A stretch of DNA of 64,000 nucleotides from an uncultured Chloroflexia bacterium (GTDB taxonomy: Bacteria; Chloroflexota; Limnocylindria; Limnocylindrales; CSP1-4): the NCBI GenBank assembly GCA_963713975.1, contig OY970218.1, forward strand, positions 1,952,001 to 2,016,000, given 5' to 3'. Both the position numbers and the translations under genes were made by a program. Shown here piece by piece: positions 1-10,098 of the stretch; the first letter of the stretch is position 1, and each line of letters begins with the position of its first letter. The notes beneath the pieces are model-generated. The model had not been told where the DNA came from. It searched no databases and saw only the letters and a list, made by a program, of their open reading frames with translations.

Positions 1-1
1 C

Positions 2-154
2 GACGACGGCCGGGCCTTCCCGATCGCCGAGGAGCTGCGCACGCCCCGGCTGCCGCATGCCGGCTGCCCCCGCGGCCTGTGCCCCTGTGAGTGGTGGGTC
101 GGCGGAACCCCCAAGAAGAAGCGGACGCGGCGCCGGCGATCCACGCCCGCCTGA
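2..154 (+). CDS. 3' end of a hypothetical protein with a Cys-rich motif (partial, runs off window start)
   Basis: Open frame from position 2 to TGA 152-154 with GC3-rich codons: [50 protein letters not shown]. Confidence 0.6.
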   Translation, partial: DDGRAFPIAEELRTPRLPHAGCPRGLCPCEWWVGGTPKKKRTRRRRSTPA

Positions 155-201
155 GCCGGGCAGGACGGCGCGGCGTCGGCACGACCCCACCCCGGGGCCT
201 C

Positions 202-207
202 TAGAAT
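202..207 (+). promoter_or_regulatory. Putative sigma70 -10 element (TAGAAT) for the oxidoreductase-nagB pair
   Basis: TAGAAT in GC-rich intergenic DNA about 30 nt before ATG 240; GGGAG RBS-like sequence before the start. Confidence 0.4.
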
Positions 208-239
208 CCTGCGAACCGAATCACAGGGAGCCAGCGCAC

Positions 240-1442
240 ATGCAGAGCCATGCCATCACGATGCTCGGCACAGGTCTCATCGGGGACTTCTACACGATGA
301 CCCTCCACGGCCAACGCGGCCGCGACCGCGTCCGGGTCGTCTACTCGCGGAGCGAGGGCCGCGGCCGCGCGTTCAGCGAGCGCTGGGGCATCCCCGAGTT
401 CACGACCGACATGGCGGCGGCGGTTCGCCATCCTGAGACCGATGTCGTGGTGGTCGCGCTTCCCAACCACCTCCACGAGGAGGCCGTGAAGGCCATTGCC
501 GCCGCGGGCAAGGCGGTCCTGTGCACCAAGCCGCTCGGCCGGACGGCAGCGGAGGCGCGCCGGATGCTCGACGCGGTCGAGCGCGCCGGCGTGTTCGGCG
601 GCTACCTCGAGGACCTGTGCTACACGCCCAAGACCCTCAAGGCGATCAAGTCCGTCCGTGACGGCGCGCTGGGCGACGTGACCTGGGTCCGCTCTCGCGA
701 GACGCATCCCGGGCCGCATAGCGCCTGGTTCTGGGACGGCCGGCTGACCGGTGGCGGCGCGATCATCGACCTCGGCTGCCACTGCATCGAGATCATCCGG
801 AACTTCGTGGGCAAGGGCAATCGGCCCGTGTCGGTCATGTGCACCACGGACACCCTCGTCCACCCGATCGACGACGAGGACAACGCGATCGCGCTCATCC
901 GGTTCGAGTCCGGTGCCATCGGCCAGTTCGAGGTCAGCTGGACGTTCCGCGGCGGCATGGACCTGCGGGACGAGGTGGCCGGCACCCACGGCACCATCTG
1001 GCTCGATCACTTCCTGCGCACGGGGTTCGAGATGTTCACCGCGGGCGGATCCAGCGGCTATGTCGCCGAGAAGGCCGAGACGGCAGCGGGATGGCTGTTC
1101 CCGGTGGGCGACGAGGTGGCCGAGCTGGGCTATGTCGACATGTTCACGGACATGTTCAACGCCATCGACACCGGCGGCACGCCGCAGGAGTCGTTCTACG
1201 ACGGCTACGTGGTCAACGCGGTCATGGACGCCGCCTACCGCTCCGCGAAGAACGGCGCCTGGGAGCCCGTGGACCTGTTCGAGTGGCGTGGCGGCTCGAC
1301 GCAGCGGATCACGGCGACCGGCGAGCGGTACGAGGGCTTCGTGGTCATCAAGCGGGAGATCCTGCCGGACGGCCGCGTCAAGATGATCCTCAAGGACCCC
1401 GCCACCGGGGACTATCTCGATCGGATCGTCGAAGGGGCGTGA
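240..1442 (+). CDS. Gfo/Idh/MocA family NAD(P)-dependent oxidoreductase
   Basis: N-terminal GTGLIG Rossmann motif, LPNHLH, CTKPL (EKP variant), [11 protein letters not shown]; start moved to ATG 240 after the RBS. Confidence 0.9.
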   Translation: MQSHAITMLGTGLIGDFYTMTLHGQRGRDRVRVVYSRSEGRGRAFSERWGIPEFTTDMAAAVRHPETDVVVVALPNHLHEEAVKAIAAAGKAVLCTKPLGRTAAEARRMLDAVERAGVFGGYLEDLCYTPKTLKAIKSVRDGALGDVTWVRSRETHPGPHSAWFWDGRLTGGGAIIDLGCHCIEIIRNFVGKGNRPVSVMCTTDTLVHPIDDEDNAIALIRFESGAIGQFEVSWTFRGGMDLRDEVAGTHGTIWLDHFLRTGFEMFTAGGSSGYVAEKAETAAGWLFPVGDEVAELGYVDMFTDMFNAIDTGGTPQESFYDGYVVNAVMDAAYRSAKNGAWEPVDLFEWRGGSTQRITATGERYEGFVVIKREILPDGRVKMILKDPATGDYLDRIVEGA

Positions 1443-2170
1443 GCGCACCCGGGTTCCGGCTCGAGGTCCTGCCCGCCGCGGGCTGGGCCGCCACGGTGGC
1501 CGAGGCGATGCGTGACCGGCTCCAGGACCGGCCGGGGCTGTGTGTCTGCCTGCCGACTGGCGACACCCCGACCCCGGTCTACGCCGAGCTGGTTGCCGCG
1601 GAACGACGTGGCGAGGTCTCCCTGGCGGCGGCGACGGTCGTCCTGCTCGACGAATGGGTGGACCTTCCGCGTCACGATCCGGCCCGCTGTGACGCCCGAT
1701 TGCGGGCCGAGCTCGTCGGCCGGCTCCTGGCGCCTCCGGCGTTCGTGCCGATCGACGTCGACGGGCCGGATGTCGAGGCCGCCGCCGTCGCCCACGACCG
1801 TGTGATCGCCCGGGGGCTCGATCTCGCCGTCCTGGGCCTGGGCATGAACGGGCATGTCGGCTTCAACGAGCCCGGGTCGCGGCCCGACGACCCGACCCGG
1901 CTCGTGCGCCTGGCGCGCTCGTCGCGAGAGGCCGCGATCACGCGCTACGGCGCCGGCGTCACGCCGACGGCCGGGATCACCGTCGGCCTGTCACGCCTGC
2001 TCGAGGCGGGGGAGTGCTGGCTCCTCGTCACCGGCGAGCGCAAGGCATCGATCCTCCGTCGAGCGCTGGACGAGCCGGAGGGCCCGGACTGTCCCGCGTC
2101 CTACCTGCGCAGGCACCCGCGCCTGACGGTCTTCGCCGACGATGCTGCGGGGTCCTTGCTGCGGCGGTAG
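1439..2170 (+). CDS. nagB: Glucosamine-6-phosphate deaminase / 6-phosphogluconolactonase family protein (NagB-like)
   Basis: [31 protein letters not shown] and CPASYL motifs; GTG start overlaps the upstream TGA. Confidence 0.75.
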   Translation: MSAPGFRLEVLPAAGWAATVAEAMRDRLQDRPGLCVCLPTGDTPTPVYAELVAAERRGEVSLAAATVVLLDEWVDLPRHDPARCDARLRAELVGRLLAPPAFVPIDVDGPDVEAAAVAHDRVIARGLDLAVLGLGMNGHVGFNEPGSRPDDPTRLVRLARSSREAAITRYGAGVTPTAGITVGLSRLLEAGECWLLVTGERKASILRRALDEPEGPDCPASYLRRHPRLTVFADDAAGSLLRR

Positions 2171-2437
2171 CGGGGCAGGGGGCCCCTGAGCGTCAGCGAG
2201 CCACGGAGCGTCAGCGCTCACCCCGTGACCGCCGCGAGATCGCCGGGGCGTTGTCGAGTGGCCATGGGGTGACCCTGGCAGTGGTCACCTACGTGGGCTC
2301 AATGCACCCTCCGTTCCCCACGGGAGCGAACGGTGAACCGGGGGGCGATGCTGTTCCACCGGTGAGTGGGATCGGGGCTCGAGGCGCGTGGCCAGCGCCG
2401 GACCGCCGCGCCCGGACCGAGGCCGCGCCCGGTCTGA

Positions 2438-3808
2438 TCACGCCCCCGGCGTCACACCCGCCGCCATCGAGGCCGCCAGGCCGCTGGGCTCGCCCGCCTC
2501 TACCCAACGAGCCAGCGACTCCCGGCTGAACAGCTGGTCCACCACCATGGCGGAGGCGCCGATCACGCCGGCCAGGGAGCCCAGTGATGAGCGCTGGACC
2601 AGGAGGTCCCGCGTTGCCAGCGGCAGGCCCCTGCCATAGACGACCTCGCGGATCGACGCCAGCAGGACGTCCCCGCTCTGGGCCACCCCACCCCCGATGA
2701 CGACCAGGGACGGGTTGAAGAAGTTGACGACGCCGGCCAGCATCAGGCCCACGCGGCGACCGGCGGCCTGGAGGAGCTCGGTGGCCACGGGGTCGCCGAA
2801 GGAGGCCGCCCGCGCGACGTCCTCGGCCGTGACCGGCCGGTGGGCATCGAGGATCGCCCGCAGCCTTGGGCTCCGACCTTCCCGGGCCGCAGCCTCGCCG
2901 TCGCGGGCGAGGGCCCCGCCTCCCGCGAGCGCCTCGAGGCACCCGGTGTTCCCGCACCGGCACACCACCGATGGGTCGTCGGAGACGTGGCTGTGGCCCA
3001 CATCCCCGGCGGAGCCTTGGGCGCCCCGATGCAGGCGGCCATCCGAGATGATGCCGGCGCCGATTCCCGTCCCGATCTTGACCACGATCACGTTCTCGTG
3101 TCCGGCGGCAACACCCGATCGCCACTCGCCGAGCGCCAGGACGTTGACGTCGTTGTCGACCCAGACCGGCACGCCGTAGCGTGCGGCGAAGCGCTCCCGG
3201 GGCGGGTAGTGATCCCAGCCCGGCATGATCGGCGGGGAGACCGGCCGCCCGGTCCGGAACTCGACTGGGCCCGGCACGCCGATCCCGATCCCCCACAGCC
3301 GGCCGGGGAGCCGCCGTCGCGGCGCCTGCAGCTCCTGGAACAGCTCGTCCACGCGGGCCAGCACGACCTCGGGTCCGGACGAGATGTCGGCCGGCTCGTC
3401 CATATGGCCGAGGATCCGTCCGTCCAGCGTCGTGACCGCGACGTCGACGCTTGTCGCCCCGAGGTCGGCGACCAGGATGTGCCCGGCGTCGCCCTGGAAC
3501 GCAAGCTGCCTCGGCGGCCGGCCCCCCGTGCTGGGTCCCGGTGGCCCCTCGGTGACCAACCCGCGATCCAGGAGCTCGGAGACGCGCCGGGCGACCACGG
3601 TCCGCGACAAACCCGTCTCGGCGACCAGGTCCGCCCTGGACCGGGTGTGGCCCAGCCGGATGCCATCGAGCACGGTGGCCAGGGTGTCCAGGGTCTCGTC
3701 GGGAGGTACGGAAGGGTCCCCGGCACGCGGCCACCCGACCGCGCCTGCGGTGGCCCGGCCAAAGTTGCCGCCAGGGACCGAGTGGTCACCCACGAGGGGA
3801 TCGTACAC
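2438..3808 (-). CDS. ROK family transcriptional repressor (XylR/NagC-like)
   Basis: HTH SRADLVAETGLSRTVV, GGRPP, DLGAT, DNDVN, GTGIGAG and Zn motif GH...CRCGNTGCLE; GTG 3808 preceded by GAGGA. Confidence 0.9.
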   Translation of the reverse strand: MYDPLVGDHSVPGGNFGRATAGAVGWPRAGDPSVPPDETLDTLATVLDGIRLGHTRSRADLVAETGLSRTVVARRVSELLDRGLVTEGPPGPSTGGRPPRQLAFQGDAGHILVADLGATSVDVAVTTLDGRILGHMDEPADISSGPEVVLARVDELFQELQAPRRRLPGRLWGIGIGVPGPVEFRTGRPVSPPIMPGWDHYPPRERFAARYGVPVWVDNDVNVLALGEWRSGVAAGHENVIVVKIGTGIGAGIISDGRLHRGAQGSAGDVGHSHVSDDPSVVCRCGNTGCLEALAGGGALARDGEAAAREGRSPRLRAILDAHRPVTAEDVARAASFGDPVATELLQAAGRRVGLMLAGVVNFFNPSLVVIGGGVAQSGDVLLASIREVVYGRGLPLATRDLLVQRSSLGSLAGVIGASAMVVDQLFSRESLARWVEAGEPSGLAASMAAGVTPGA

Positions 3809-3832
3809 GGGCCATCCTCGGACCGGCACTCC

Positions 3833-3857
3833 ACTTTTGCATTTGACCGGCAGAAGT
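3833..3857. promoter_or_regulatory. Putative ROK (XylR-type) operator
   Basis: 25-bp dyad ACTTTTGC-N9-GCAGAAGT (1 mismatch), AT-rich, between the ROK repressor and the divergent catabolic operon; contains TTGACC. Confidence 0.65.
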
Positions 3858-4012
3858 AGCATCATGAGCGGAGGAACATCGCGCGTCCCCCGGATCGGCG
3901 CGACGGCCCCGTCGGATGCCGTGACCGGGACCCCGTCGACCGATGATCGCTCTAGCTGTATAGACTGGTTGCCGGCTCGTACCGGACGTCCAGGGGAGGT
4001 CAGCCGCAAGCC

Positions 4013-5170
4013 ATGCCGCGCCGCAGCGAGATCTCAGCCGCCGTCATCGGCAGCGGGTTCATCGGCACCGTTCACGTCGAGGCGCTTCGGCGGATCGGTG
4101 TGCGGGTCGCCGGCCTGCTTGAGTCCTCGCCTGAGCTGGGCGAGCAGCGGGCGGGAGAGCTGGGTCTGCCGCGGGCATACGTGAGCATCGAGGATCTCCT
4201 CGCCGACGACGTGCAGGTGGTCCACGTCACGTCGCCCAACGAGCTGCATCACGCGCAGGCCAGGCGGATCCTCGCCGCCGGGAAGCACATCGTGTGCGAG
4301 AAGCCGCTGGCGATGACGTCGACGGAGTCCGCGGAGCTGGTCGCCCTGGCCGCGGCTTCGGGTCTCGTGAACGCGGTCAACTTCAACATCCGCTTCTACC
4401 CGCTCAACCAGCACGTCTCGGCTCTGGTCGCCGACGGGGGCCTGGGCGACGTGCGCCTGGTCACCGGGCGCTACTTCCAGGACTGGCTGCTGTATGACAC
4501 GGACTGGAATTGGCGGCTGGAGAAGGACCAGGGCGGCGTGCTCCGCGCCGTGGGTGACATCGGCTCCCACTGGCTGGACCTGACGAGCTTCCTCAGCGGT
4601 CGCAGGGTCGAGGCCGTCATGGCCGATCTCACGACGTTCATCCCGATCCGCCGAAAGCCCGCCGGCCCGGTGCTCACGTTCTCCTCGGAGCGCGCGGCCG
4701 AGACGGTGCCGGTGGCGATCCACACCGAGGACACCGCGACCATCCTCCTGCGCTACGAGGGCGGCGCGCGCGGCAGCGTGGCGATCAGCCAGCTCAGCCC
4801 CGGGCGCAAGAACAGCATCGCCTACCAGATCGACGGCTCCTCCTCCGCCGTCGCGTGGGATTCGGAGCAGCCGGAGCAGTTGTGGATCGGTCATCGTGAC
4901 CGGCCCAACGAGCTCCTGCTCCGGAACCCCGCGTTGATGAACGCGGCCGGTGCCGCCGCGGCCCGGTTGCCCGGTGGCCACGTGGAGGGCTTCGCCGACA
5001 CCTTCGGCGCCGTGTTCACGGCCATCTACGACGATGTCCTCGCAGGGCGGCCGTCCGCTGCGCCCCGCTACGCAACGTTCCGTGATGGGCACGAGGAGAT
5101 GCTCGTGGGTGATGCGGTGCTCGAGAGCTCCCGGACCGGCACCTGGGTCACCGTCGAGCACCAGGCATGA
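4013..5170 (+). CDS. Gfo/Idh/MocA family oxidoreductase
   Basis: GSGFIG, TSPNELH, CEKPL, YFQDWL...WNWR, GDIGSHWLD. Confidence 0.9.
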   Translation: MPRRSEISAAVIGSGFIGTVHVEALRRIGVRVAGLLESSPELGEQRAGELGLPRAYVSIEDLLADDVQVVHVTSPNELHHAQARRILAAGKHIVCEKPLAMTSTESAELVALAAASGLVNAVNFNIRFYPLNQHVSALVADGGLGDVRLVTGRYFQDWLLYDTDWNWRLEKDQGGVLRAVGDIGSHWLDLTSFLSGRRVEAVMADLTTFIPIRRKPAGPVLTFSSERAAETVPVAIHTEDTATILLRYEGGARGSVAISQLSPGRKNSIAYQIDGSSSAVAWDSEQPEQLWIGHRDRPNELLLRNPALMNAAGAAAARLPGGHVEGFADTFGAVFTAIYDDVLAGRPSAAPRYATFRDGHEEMLVGDAVLESSRTGTWVTVEHQA

Positions 5171-5219
5171 CCGGCACGTGCCCCACCATCACCCGTCACG
5201 CCGCGGAGGGTCTGCAACC

Positions 5220-6134
5220 GTGAAGCTCGGCTTCCTCACCGCCCCCTTCCCCGAGACTCCGCTCATGGACGTGGCCGACTGGGCTGTCGGGGCGGGCTTC
5301 GAGGTGCTCGAGATCGCCTGCTGGCCGCACAGCTCCGGGCCCACCCGCCGGTACGCCGGGACCAGCCACATCGACGTCGCGAACCTGTCCGCGTCGCAGG
5401 CGGTCGAGATCCGGGGCGAGCTCGAAGCGAAGGGCCTGGCCATCTCCGGCCTCGGCTTCTATCCCAACCCGCTCCACCCGGATCCGGAGCACCGGGCATC
5501 GGTCATCGGCCACCTCAAGCGGGTCATCGAGGCCGCCGAGAAGATGAACGTGCCGCTGGTCAACACGTTCATGGGCGGTGACGCGGCCCTCAACCAGGAC
5601 CAGAACTGGGAGCGGGCCCTCGAGATCTGGCCCGACATCGTCCGGTTCGCGGATGATCACGGGCGGAAGATCACCCTCGAGAACTGCCCGATGCTGTTCA
5701 GCCACGACGAGTGGCCGGGCGGGCACAACATCGCCACCACGCCCCGCATCTGGCGCCGCATCCTCGAACAGTGGGGCGACACCATCGGCCTCAACTTCGA
5801 TCCGTCGCACCTGGTCCTGCAGATGATCGACATGCGCCGGTTCCTCAAGGAGTTCGGCGCGCACGTGCTCCATTTCCAGGCAAAGGACCTGATGATCGAC
5901 GTCGACGGGCTCTACGAGCGCGGCGTGTTCTCGATGGGGATGGGCTGGCAGATCCCGCGCATCCCGGGGCTTGGCGAGACCGACTGGAGCGTCGTCTTCA
6001 GCGAGCTGTATCGCCAGGGCTACGAGGGCGACTGCATCATCGAGCACGAGGATCGGCGGTTCGAGGGGACCGACGAGAAGGTCAAGCAGGGCTTCCTCAT
6101 CGCGCGGGACGTCCTGCGCCCGTACTGCAAGTAG
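5220..6134 (+). CDS. Sugar phosphate isomerase/epimerase (xylose-isomerase-like TIM barrel, IolE-like)
   Basis: Metal-binding motifs LENCP, FDPSHL, HFQAKD, PGLG and IEHED; GTG 5220 after GGAGG. Confidence 0.85.
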   Translation: MKLGFLTAPFPETPLMDVADWAVGAGFEVLEIACWPHSSGPTRRYAGTSHIDVANLSASQAVEIRGELEAKGLAISGLGFYPNPLHPDPEHRASVIGHLKRVIEAAEKMNVPLVNTFMGGDAALNQDQNWERALEIWPDIVRFADDHGRKITLENCPMLFSHDEWPGGHNIATTPRIWRRILEQWGDTIGLNFDPSHLVLQMIDMRRFLKEFGAHVLHFQAKDLMIDVDGLYERGVFSMGMGWQIPRIPGLGETDWSVVFSELYRQGYEGDCIIEHEDRRFEGTDEKVKQGFLIARDVLRPYCK

Positions 6135-6155
6135 CACCACCCACCCAGGAGCTCC

Positions 6156-6896
6156 ATGGCACTCAGCATCGACCAACTCACCGAGCGCGACATCGCCAAG
6201 ACGATCGACCACTCGCTCCTGCGGCCGGAGCTCGACGACGCGTTCGTCGAGGATGGCTGCCGCCTCGCGGCGAAGTACGACGTGGCCTCGGTCTGCGTCC
6301 GCCCGACCGACGTCAGGCGCGCCAGGGCCATCCTGGGCGGCACGGATGTGGCGGTCGGCACGACGATCGGCTTCCCCCATGGCAACCACGTCACCGAGAC
6401 GAAGGTCTTCGAGGCCCGGCGTGCCCTCGCCGACGGCGCGACCGAGCTCGACATGGTTCTCCTCATCGGCGCCCTCAGGAGCGGTCGTGACGAGGACGTC
6501 CTGGCCGACATCAGGGCGGTCGTGGACGTCGCCCATGCCGGCGGCGGGATCGTCAAGGTGATCTTTGAGAACGCCTATCTCACGGACGACGAGAAAGTGC
6601 GGGCCTGTCGCCTGACCGAGGCCGCCGGAGGCGACTTCGTCAAGACCAGCACCGGCTTCGCCCCGTCCGGCGCCACGCACCATGATCTGCGCCTGATGCG
6701 CGCCAGCACATCGCCCCACGTCCGGGTCAAGGCGGCCGGCGGGGTGCGGACGCTGGACGCGCTGCTGGCCGTGATGGAGCTTGGGGTGACCCGCATCGGC
6801 GCCACGGCGACCGAGGCAATCATCCTGGACTTCCGGGCCCGCAAGACGGGCGAGGGCCTGGCGCTCGTGAACCCGGTCGAGGCAGGAGGCTACTGA
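6156..6896 (+). CDS. deoC: Deoxyribose-phosphate aldolase
   Basis: IDHSLL, IGFPHG, ELDMV, VKVIFE, FVKTSTGF (Schiff-base Lys), VKAAGGVR, RIG. Confidence 0.9.
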   Translation: MALSIDQLTERDIAKTIDHSLLRPELDDAFVEDGCRLAAKYDVASVCVRPTDVRRARAILGGTDVAVGTTIGFPHGNHVTETKVFEARRALADGATELDMVLLIGALRSGRDEDVLADIRAVVDVAHAGGGIVKVIFENAYLTDDEKVRACRLTEAAGGDFVKTSTGFAPSGATHHDLRLMRASTSPHVRVKAAGGVRTLDALLAVMELGVTRIGATATEAIILDFRARKTGEGLALVNPVEAGGY

Positions 6897-7957
6897 TGAC
6901 GTCCGTACGGATCGGGATGCTGGGCTGTGGCTTCATCGGCGAGTTCCACGCCCTGGGGCTCCGCTATGTGCGGGATGCCCGGATCGTCGCCAGCTGCGAC
7001 GCGAGCGCCGAGCGGCGCGAGGCGTATGCCGCGCGCTTTGGCGGTACCGCGTATGCGACCGTCGAGGAGCTGTGCGCCGACCCGGACGTCGACCTCGCGG
7101 TCGTGTCGCTGCCCAACCACCTGCACCGTGAGGCCGTGCTGGCGCTGGCGGCAGCCGGCAAGGGGGTCGCGTGCACGAAGCCGCTCGGCCGCAATGCGGA
7201 CGAGGCGGCGGACATGCTGCGCGCCGTGACCGAGGCCGGCGTGTTCAACGCCTACCTCGAGAACGTGATCTTCAACCCGGACCTGCTGCGGATGCGGGAC
7301 ATGGTCGTGGCGGGCGCCATCGGGCGGCTGACCACGGTGCGTGCTCGCGAGGGCCACTCCGGGCCGCATGCCCAGCACTTCTGGGATGCCGGGCTGGCCG
7401 GTGGCGGGGCGCTCCTGGACATGGCGTCACACGGCGCCGAGTACGCGCGGTTCCTGTTCGGCAAGGACGTCGCCGTGACTGACGTGTTCGCCTGGGGCGC
7501 CACGCTGGTCCATGGGGAGCGCACGACCGGCGAGGACAACGCGATGATGATCATGCGCTTCGCCGATGGGCGGGCGGCGACCATCGACGTGTCCTGGTCC
7601 TCCAAGGGAGGGCTCGAGGGCCGCTTTGAGGCCTACGGCGACGCCGGGCGCCTGATCACCGACATCAGCGTGGGCTCCCTCAAGGCCTTCGTCGAGCGCC
7701 CGGCCGGGTATCTCGTGGAGAAGGCGGACGTCGAGACGGGCTGGGTCTTCCCGGTGCCCGACGAGGTGCGCGTTCACGGCCACGACCTCATGATGGCGGA
7801 CGTGATCGACGCCTTCCGGACCGGCCGCGCCCCCTCGGAGACCTTCGAGGACGGCTACGCCGTGAACGGCATCCTCGACGCCGCCTACCGGTCCATCCGC
7901 AGTGGTACCTGGGAGCCCGTGACGCTGGACTCGACCCTGCTTGGTGCCGGCGCTTGA
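6896..7957 (+). CDS. Gfo/Idh/MocA family oxidoreductase (paralogue of 240-1442)
   Basis: GCGFIG, LPNHLH, CTKPLGR, REGHSGPH, GGGALLD; shares YxxEKAxxxxGWxFPV with the first gene. Confidence 0.9.
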   Translation: MTSVRIGMLGCGFIGEFHALGLRYVRDARIVASCDASAERREAYAARFGGTAYATVEELCADPDVDLAVVSLPNHLHREAVLALAAAGKGVACTKPLGRNADEAADMLRAVTEAGVFNAYLENVIFNPDLLRMRDMVVAGAIGRLTTVRAREGHSGPHAQHFWDAGLAGGGALLDMASHGAEYARFLFGKDVAVTDVFAWGATLVHGERTTGEDNAMMIMRFADGRAATIDVSWSSKGGLEGRFEAYGDAGRLITDISVGSLKAFVERPAGYLVEKADVETGWVFPVPDEVRVHGHDLMMADVIDAFRTGRAPSETFEDGYAVNGILDAAYRSIRSGTWEPVTLDSTLLGAGA

Positions 7958-8754
7958 TCACCGCTCCCGCCACGGCGGCCGACACCTGGCTCCAGCGGGC
8001 GGCCGATGTCATCGCGCGCGTCGCGGAGACGCAGTCCGAGGGGATCGAGACGGCCAGCCGATGGTGCGCGGAGGCCATCGCGTGCGATGGCCTCGTGCAT
8101 CTCTTCGGCACCGGTCACTCGCGGATCCCGGTGGAGGAGATGTTCCCGCGCTACGGGTCCTACCCGGGCTTCAACCCCATCGTCGAGCTGTCCATGACGT
8201 TCCATACCCAGGTGGTCGGGGCGAACGGGCAGCGCCAGGCGATGTTCATCGAGCGCCTGCCCGGGCTCGCCGAGGTCATCCTGTCCAACTTCCGCTTTGG
8301 CCCGCACGACGTGATGATGGTCTTCTCGGCCGGCGGTCTGACCGCGGCCCCGGTGGAGATGGCACGTGGCGCGCGGGCCCGGGGCATGCGCGTGATCGCC
8401 GTCACGTCGATCGCGCAGTCCATGTCCGCCGAACCGGATGCCGCCGCTGGCGCGCGGCTTCTGGACGAAGCAGATATCGTGCTGGACGTGTGCACTCCCG
8501 CTGCAGACGCCATGGTGACGATCGACGGTCTCGAGAGCCCGGTTGGTCCCGGATCCACCATCGGCGCCGTCGCCATCGTCAACGCCATCAAGGTCCGGAC
8601 CGCCGAGCTCCTCGTGGAGCAGGGGGCGATGCCCCCGGTCCTCACGCGCGCGAGCGCCGTTGGGGCCGAGCGGTCGAGGACGCTCTTCGACGAAGCCTAT
8701 CGAGAGCATGCGCGGCGGCTCGCCCGTGCGATCGACCAGCAAGGAGGTGGGTGA
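7954..8754 (+). CDS. SIS-domain sugar isomerase-like protein
   Basis: VHLFGTGHS, EEMFPRYGS, FSAGG, VIAVTS, VGPGST. Confidence 0.8.
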   Translation: MITAPATAADTWLQRAADVIARVAETQSEGIETASRWCAEAIACDGLVHLFGTGHSRIPVEEMFPRYGSYPGFNPIVELSMTFHTQVVGANGQRQAMFIERLPGLAEVILSNFRFGPHDVMMVFSAGGLTAAPVEMARGARARGMRVIAVTSIAQSMSAEPDAAAGARLLDEADIVLDVCTPAADAMVTIDGLESPVGPGSTIGAVAIVNAIKVRTAELLVEQGAMPPVLTRASAVGAERSRTLFDEAYREHARRLARAIDQQGGG

Positions 8755-8846
8755 CGCTCCAACGAGCTCGACGCAACACACTGGGATACCGGCGGACCTC
8801 TGCTCGATCCTGAGCAACCGGCCGCCACAAGGAGGAGACGCAGTAC

Positions 8847-10025
8847 ATGAAGCAACTAGGCAAGACCCGGGCCCTGGTCGCCCTGGCGGCGATCGCGGTC
8901 ATCGCGGGCGCCTGCGGCAGCAGTGCCGCGACCGAGGCTCCGGCCACGGCCGCCCCTGCCACCGAGGCTCCGGCCACCGAGGCCCCGGCCACCGAGGCCC
9001 CGGCCACCGAGGCCCCGGCCGCAATGTTCAAGATCGGTTACTCGAACGGCGGCGGCGTCGGCAACGGCTTCCGCGAGGAGCAGGTCTGCACCGCCAAGGC
9101 GCAGGCGCTGGCCTCCGGGCAAGTTTCCGAGCTGATCACGATCCACCGCAACACGGACGCCGCCGGCCAGCTCCAGGACATCCGCGACCTGATCGCGGCG
9201 GGCGTTGACGCCATCGTCTTCAACCCGAACGACCCCGCGGCCCTCAACCCGGCGCTCGAGGAGGCCAAGGCGGCCGGCATCCTGACCGTCGCGGTCGATG
9301 CCTACACCACCAACCCCGACACCTACAACCTCTACAACAACCAGATCGACTACGCCTACCTCGGCGCCAAGTGGCTGTTCGAGCAGATGGGCGGCGCGGG
9401 CAACGTCTACTACATGCGCGGCTTCGCCGGCCACCCGGCCGACAACGATCGCGACATCGGGTTCAAGAAGGCGCTTGCCGAGTACCCGGACATCAAGGTC
9501 CTCCCGAACGCCGACGGCGTGCACACGGGCTGGGATCCGGCGACCACGACCCAGCTGATCAACGACTACATCGCCAGCGGCCAGTACGACGACACCCAGG
9601 GCATCTGGACGTCGGGCATGGACTCGCAGGTCGTTGACGCGATCAAGGCCGCCAACAAGAGCTTCGTGCCGATCGTCGGCGCGGACCTCGGCGCATTCGT
9701 CGCCCAGCTCCTCAACCCCACCGACTACCCGGCCCTCGAGGGCGTCGCCGTCACCAACACCGCCGCCGTCGGCGGAGCGGGCGTTGGCCTCGCGCTCAAG
9801 CTGCTCCAGAACGAGTCGGTCACGACCGACCCGAGCGCAACCCAGCCGAACACCGTCCTCCTGACTCCCGTCGCGGCCGACAACGTGACCGACGCCGGCA
9901 AGGCGCTCCTCGCGTCCTGGCAGGTCGACGGCCTCGATCCCAACTGGCCGCTTGGCCTCCAGATCGACGGCTTCACCACGTACACCCCCGAGCAGGCCGT
10001 CGCCTGCAAGGGCCCGGGCGAGTAG
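8847..10025 (+). CDS. Sugar ABC transporter substrate-binding lipoprotein
   Basis: Signal peptide with lipobox IAGAC, ATEAP linker, periplasmic-binding-protein-like QLQDIRDLIAAGVDAI; strong AGGAGG RBS. Confidence 0.9.
   Translation: MKQLGKTRALVALAAIAVIAGACGSSAATEAPATAAPATEAPATEAPATEAPATEAPAAMFKIGYSNGGGVGNGFREEQVCTAKAQALASGQVSELITIHRNTDAAGQLQDIRDLIAAGVDAIVFNPNDPAALNPALEEAKAAGILTVAVDAYTTNPDTYNLYNNQIDYAYLGAKWLFEQMGGAGNVYYMRGFAGHPADNDRDIGFKKALAEYPDIKVLPNADGVHTGWDPATTTQLINDYIASGQYDDTQGIWTSGMDSQVVDAIKAANKSFVPIVGADLGAFVAQLLNPTDYPALEGVAVTNTAAVGGAGVGLALKLLQNESVTTDPSATQPNTVLLTPVAADNVTDAGKALLASWQVDGLDPNWPLGLQIDGFTTYTPEQAVACKGPGE
8928..9017 (+). repeat. Coding tandem repeat, 6 x 15 bp (GCCACCGAGGCYCCG; ATEAP linker)
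   Basis: Six in-frame 15-bp units, one degenerate (ATAAP), just after the lipobox. Confidence 0.9.
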
Positions 10026-10052
10026 CACTCCCCGAGTCAACTCGGATCACCT

Positions 10053-10081
10053 GGGAGATGCCGGCTCGTCCGGCATCTCCC
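10053..10081 (+). terminator. Stem-loop after the substrate-binding gene (partial terminator or mRNA stabiliser)
   Basis: 12-bp stem GGGAGATGCCGG / CCGGCATCTCCC with 5-nt loop; a small hairpin CCGAG-TCAA-CTCGG precedes it. Confidence 0.6.
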
Positions 10082-10098
10082 GTCTATACCGGGGAACC

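Noticed and set aside
8928-9017. Tandem 15-bp repeats as a possible CRISPR array
   Set aside because: No spacers; the repeats are in-frame ATEAP linker codons inside a lipoprotein, and there are no cas genes.
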